Shown here: one piece after another, positions 61,441 through 64,000 of the stretch
Layout of the letters: each line of letters opens with the position of its first letter
Numbering within the stretch: position 1 is the stretch's first letter
NCBI RefSeq assembly: GCF_018350175.1
Contig: NC_058368.1
Location: 202,122,001-202,186,000, forward strand
DNA length: 64,000 bases
From: Felis catus
Taxonomy: Eukaryota
Direction of reading: 5' to 3'
Program-made: the position numbers and the translations under genes
The notes under the pieces: model-generated
Told to the model about the DNA's origin: nothing
The model's input: only the letters and a program-made list of their open reading frames with translations
Databases searched by the model: none

Positions 61441-62379
61441 CCCATCCATCTCCATTTATTCTTCCCAGTATCACTATGGAGTACATATTACAATTGCCTG
61501 TGTTTTAATTAGAAGGAAGCCAGATCTTAGAGAAGTTCAATGACCTGTACACAACATACAACTTTTAAGAGTAGTGCCAGAATTAGAGAGCAGATTAAAT
61601 TCAGAATATGTGGTTTTAACCATTATCCTATACTATCCTATCTACATTATCCTATACTACAACCTTATCCTATACTACAACACATTTTACAAAATAGATA
61701 TAACTCAGGACCATAGATTTGTTTCCCAGGCTGGTCATTTGCTTAACTCTAGCTGATGAATCATTACTATGAAATATTGGCCAAGTCATTTGACAAATGT
61801 TGAGGGTAGTTTAAAATTTGCTGAATTACTATATTTTTGGGTTGTTCTTCACCATTTGCTATTAATCTATAGGAGAATCTTGGCCATAAATCAAGGCAAC
61901 ATATTTTGTAATAAGCAAACATTTAACATTAGTGGATTATTATATGAAACAGGCTATGTATTTGTCATGAACACACCTGATACAGATAAAACATGACCCA
62001 TTTAATTCAAACAAGATTATATAAATTTGGTTTTTATTAATTTCTTTTATTCATGTATCAATTTCATACAAATCAAGAAAGATGAGAAGTGAAAAAGTCA
62101 GATCACAAATCACAAGAATGAATCTCAGTTGGAATAATTCAAGAAACTTCGAGGGATTTTTTTGTCCTTCTTGACTTCATGAAAAATGTGTACATAATAT
62201 ATATGACTAAACATATGAGTATCTCATTGAGGAAAAGCTCTTTCCTCTAGGGATTCTAGGCCTTGGGAGTTGTTGGTAAATGCACATCAGTTCTTTAGTT
62301 TGGGTTATATTTCTGTTCAGTTTTTCAGAAATCAGAGTCTTTTAGTTTAGTATCAGTGGAACCTTCCTACCTTGGGACC

Positions 62380-63270
62380 ACTCTCTTCCCTCTTACTTCC
62401 TTTTCTTAATCTTACAGTTTTCTCAGTAGCTCTTTGGAAATTTGTTTTCAGAACCACTTCATCTTAGTTGTTTTTGTAGATCTTTCCTAATGTATTCTGT
62501 AATGGTTGCTATTGCTCAAAATTCCATTCTTTATTCCTTTCCCATTCTACCTTATTTTATTTAACTTGGCTCACTATTTTGCATCCTGCCATCAACTACT
62601 ACTTATATACTGATAACTCTCAGTCCTACCTTTTCTTTAGTTTCATTTTAGTGGGCCCAGCTGTTTACTAAGATTTACTGTGAGTGATATCTTTGACTCA
62701 CCATGTCAAAAACAAAACTCTCATTTTTTTCTCCAAAACCCCCTTCTCTAAGTGATTTTCCCATTTAGTACATGGTCTCAAAATCCAAAAACAATTCTCC
62801 TAAGATAGAAACTTTGGCCTCATATTTCTTCCTTCAACCCAATATCTAATTATTTGATGAAACCACTTGGATTACATCTGGACATGATTTGGTTCCTGCC
62901 TCTCTTCTTCCTGTTTGATGTCCTATATATCCCACAACTATTCCGTTCCACACAGACTCTTCCCTGTGTTCTGTTAACTTTTAGATCTCCAAACAAAAGC
63001 ATGGTGCTAAACAGAACATATCATGCCATTTCATGTCCCTTAGCTTTCATATATATGTGTTCTTCCCCATTGTGATACTCCTGAATAACTCAAAATTGTC
63101 TTTAAGCTCAAATTTGATCTTGCAAGGCAGAGTTTCATCTTTTTCTCTCACTGATCTCACTAAACAGGGACGTCAAAGACTAGCTGTTATTATATCTGGC
63201 TCTATCCCAGGATAAGAAGTAATCCCGGCACTTTAGGACATATTTAATAAATGTTCTTAAATGGATAAAT
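62380..63270 (+). mobile_element. LINE-2 relic
   Basis: tgataactctcagtcctac...actcaccatgtcaaaaacaaaactc...taataaatgttcttaaatggataaatga. Confidence 0.7.
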
Positions 63271-63621
63271 GAGTAAAATCCAGATAAATAAATGTACTCA
63301 TACTTTATGGGAAGAAAAGCAGTTAGTACAGCTTGGATACTCAATCTTTCTTGTAGTCTCTTTTTTTTTTTTATCATTGAGGCCGATGGTTTTATAATAT
63401 TTATCTTTATTTTTGATGCAACCAGGTATACCTTGACCCTATATATTAAAAGACCAAAACAATTTTTAATTATTTTTTCATCATAAAGGAGTACAATTTA
63501 AGAGATTTTAATTAATAACAACATTATTGAATGACTAGTTGAGTGAATAGAGTTGAAAGAATAGAGTCCAGTGTCTGTTATTTTCTTTTTATTCTCATCT
63601 GTCATGTTTACTTTTCCTCAG

Positions 63622-63655
63622 ATGATTACACAAGTATGTTTTTGTTGGACAGCAT
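63622..63655 (+). other. Candidate small exon (34 nt)
   Basis: tttacttttcctcag| ... CAT|gtaagc. Confidence 0.25.
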
Positions 63656-64000
63656 GTAAGCATTACATGAGGATATAAGTAAAATTTGAGAATTTCCCCT
63701 TTGTTATCATCTAGCTCCCAGTTTCTCTTTCAGGGTAATGGTTTGTTGTGTACATTTCTCTCTCTTTTTTTTAAAATCTAGCATATTCATAGTACTAGCA
63801 CAATAGTCTGTATATGTGTGTGTTTGTGTGTGTGTTTTCATATGTATTTCCCCATAATTTTCTATCATTTTTAAAAAAAATTGACAATATTTCTTTGATA
63901 TATATTTTCTGTATGAAATTTTTCTTTATTTTCTTCATTTGGTAGAATATTCCAGTGTGTGGATTAGATAGCTTTCCTCTGCTGATGGAAATTTAGGTTG

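Noticed and set aside
1..64000. A novel multi-gene system, CRISPR array, operon or viral coding insertion
   Set aside because: The DNA is repeat-rich mammalian sequence. I saw no regularly spaced repeat-spacer array, no ORF over about 160 aa and no recognisable gag/pol/env or other viral protein.

Overview
Mammalian genomic DNA, almost certainly from a cat-family (feliform) carnivore: it carries about 35 feline-type CAN-SINEs and carnivore LINE-1s. No intact protein-coding gene is recognisable. The supplied ORFs with recognisable protein similarity are broken LINE-1 ORF1/ORF2 pieces; most of the rest are SINE or microsatellite read-through. The main non-repeat landmark is a CpG-rich promoter-like segment at about 17.0-17.75 kb (NRF1-like and ETS motifs, a 5' splice site at 17748). 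It is followed by several short + strand candidate exons that look non-coding (lncRNA or long 5' UTR; gene not identified). The rest is intron-like: one full-length decayed L1 (52.3-59.6 kb) nested in an older L1, truncated L1s, solo LTRs, MITEs, MIR/L2 relics and microsatellites. I find no evidence for a new multi-gene biological system. The best-supported oddities are retrotransposition or repair footprints: an L1 3' transduction, a tailless 32-nt U6 retrocopy, an 83-bp locally templated insertion, and two target sites each hit twice by retroelements. Repeat family names come from recalled consensus sequences, not a search, and boundaries of old repeats are approximate.
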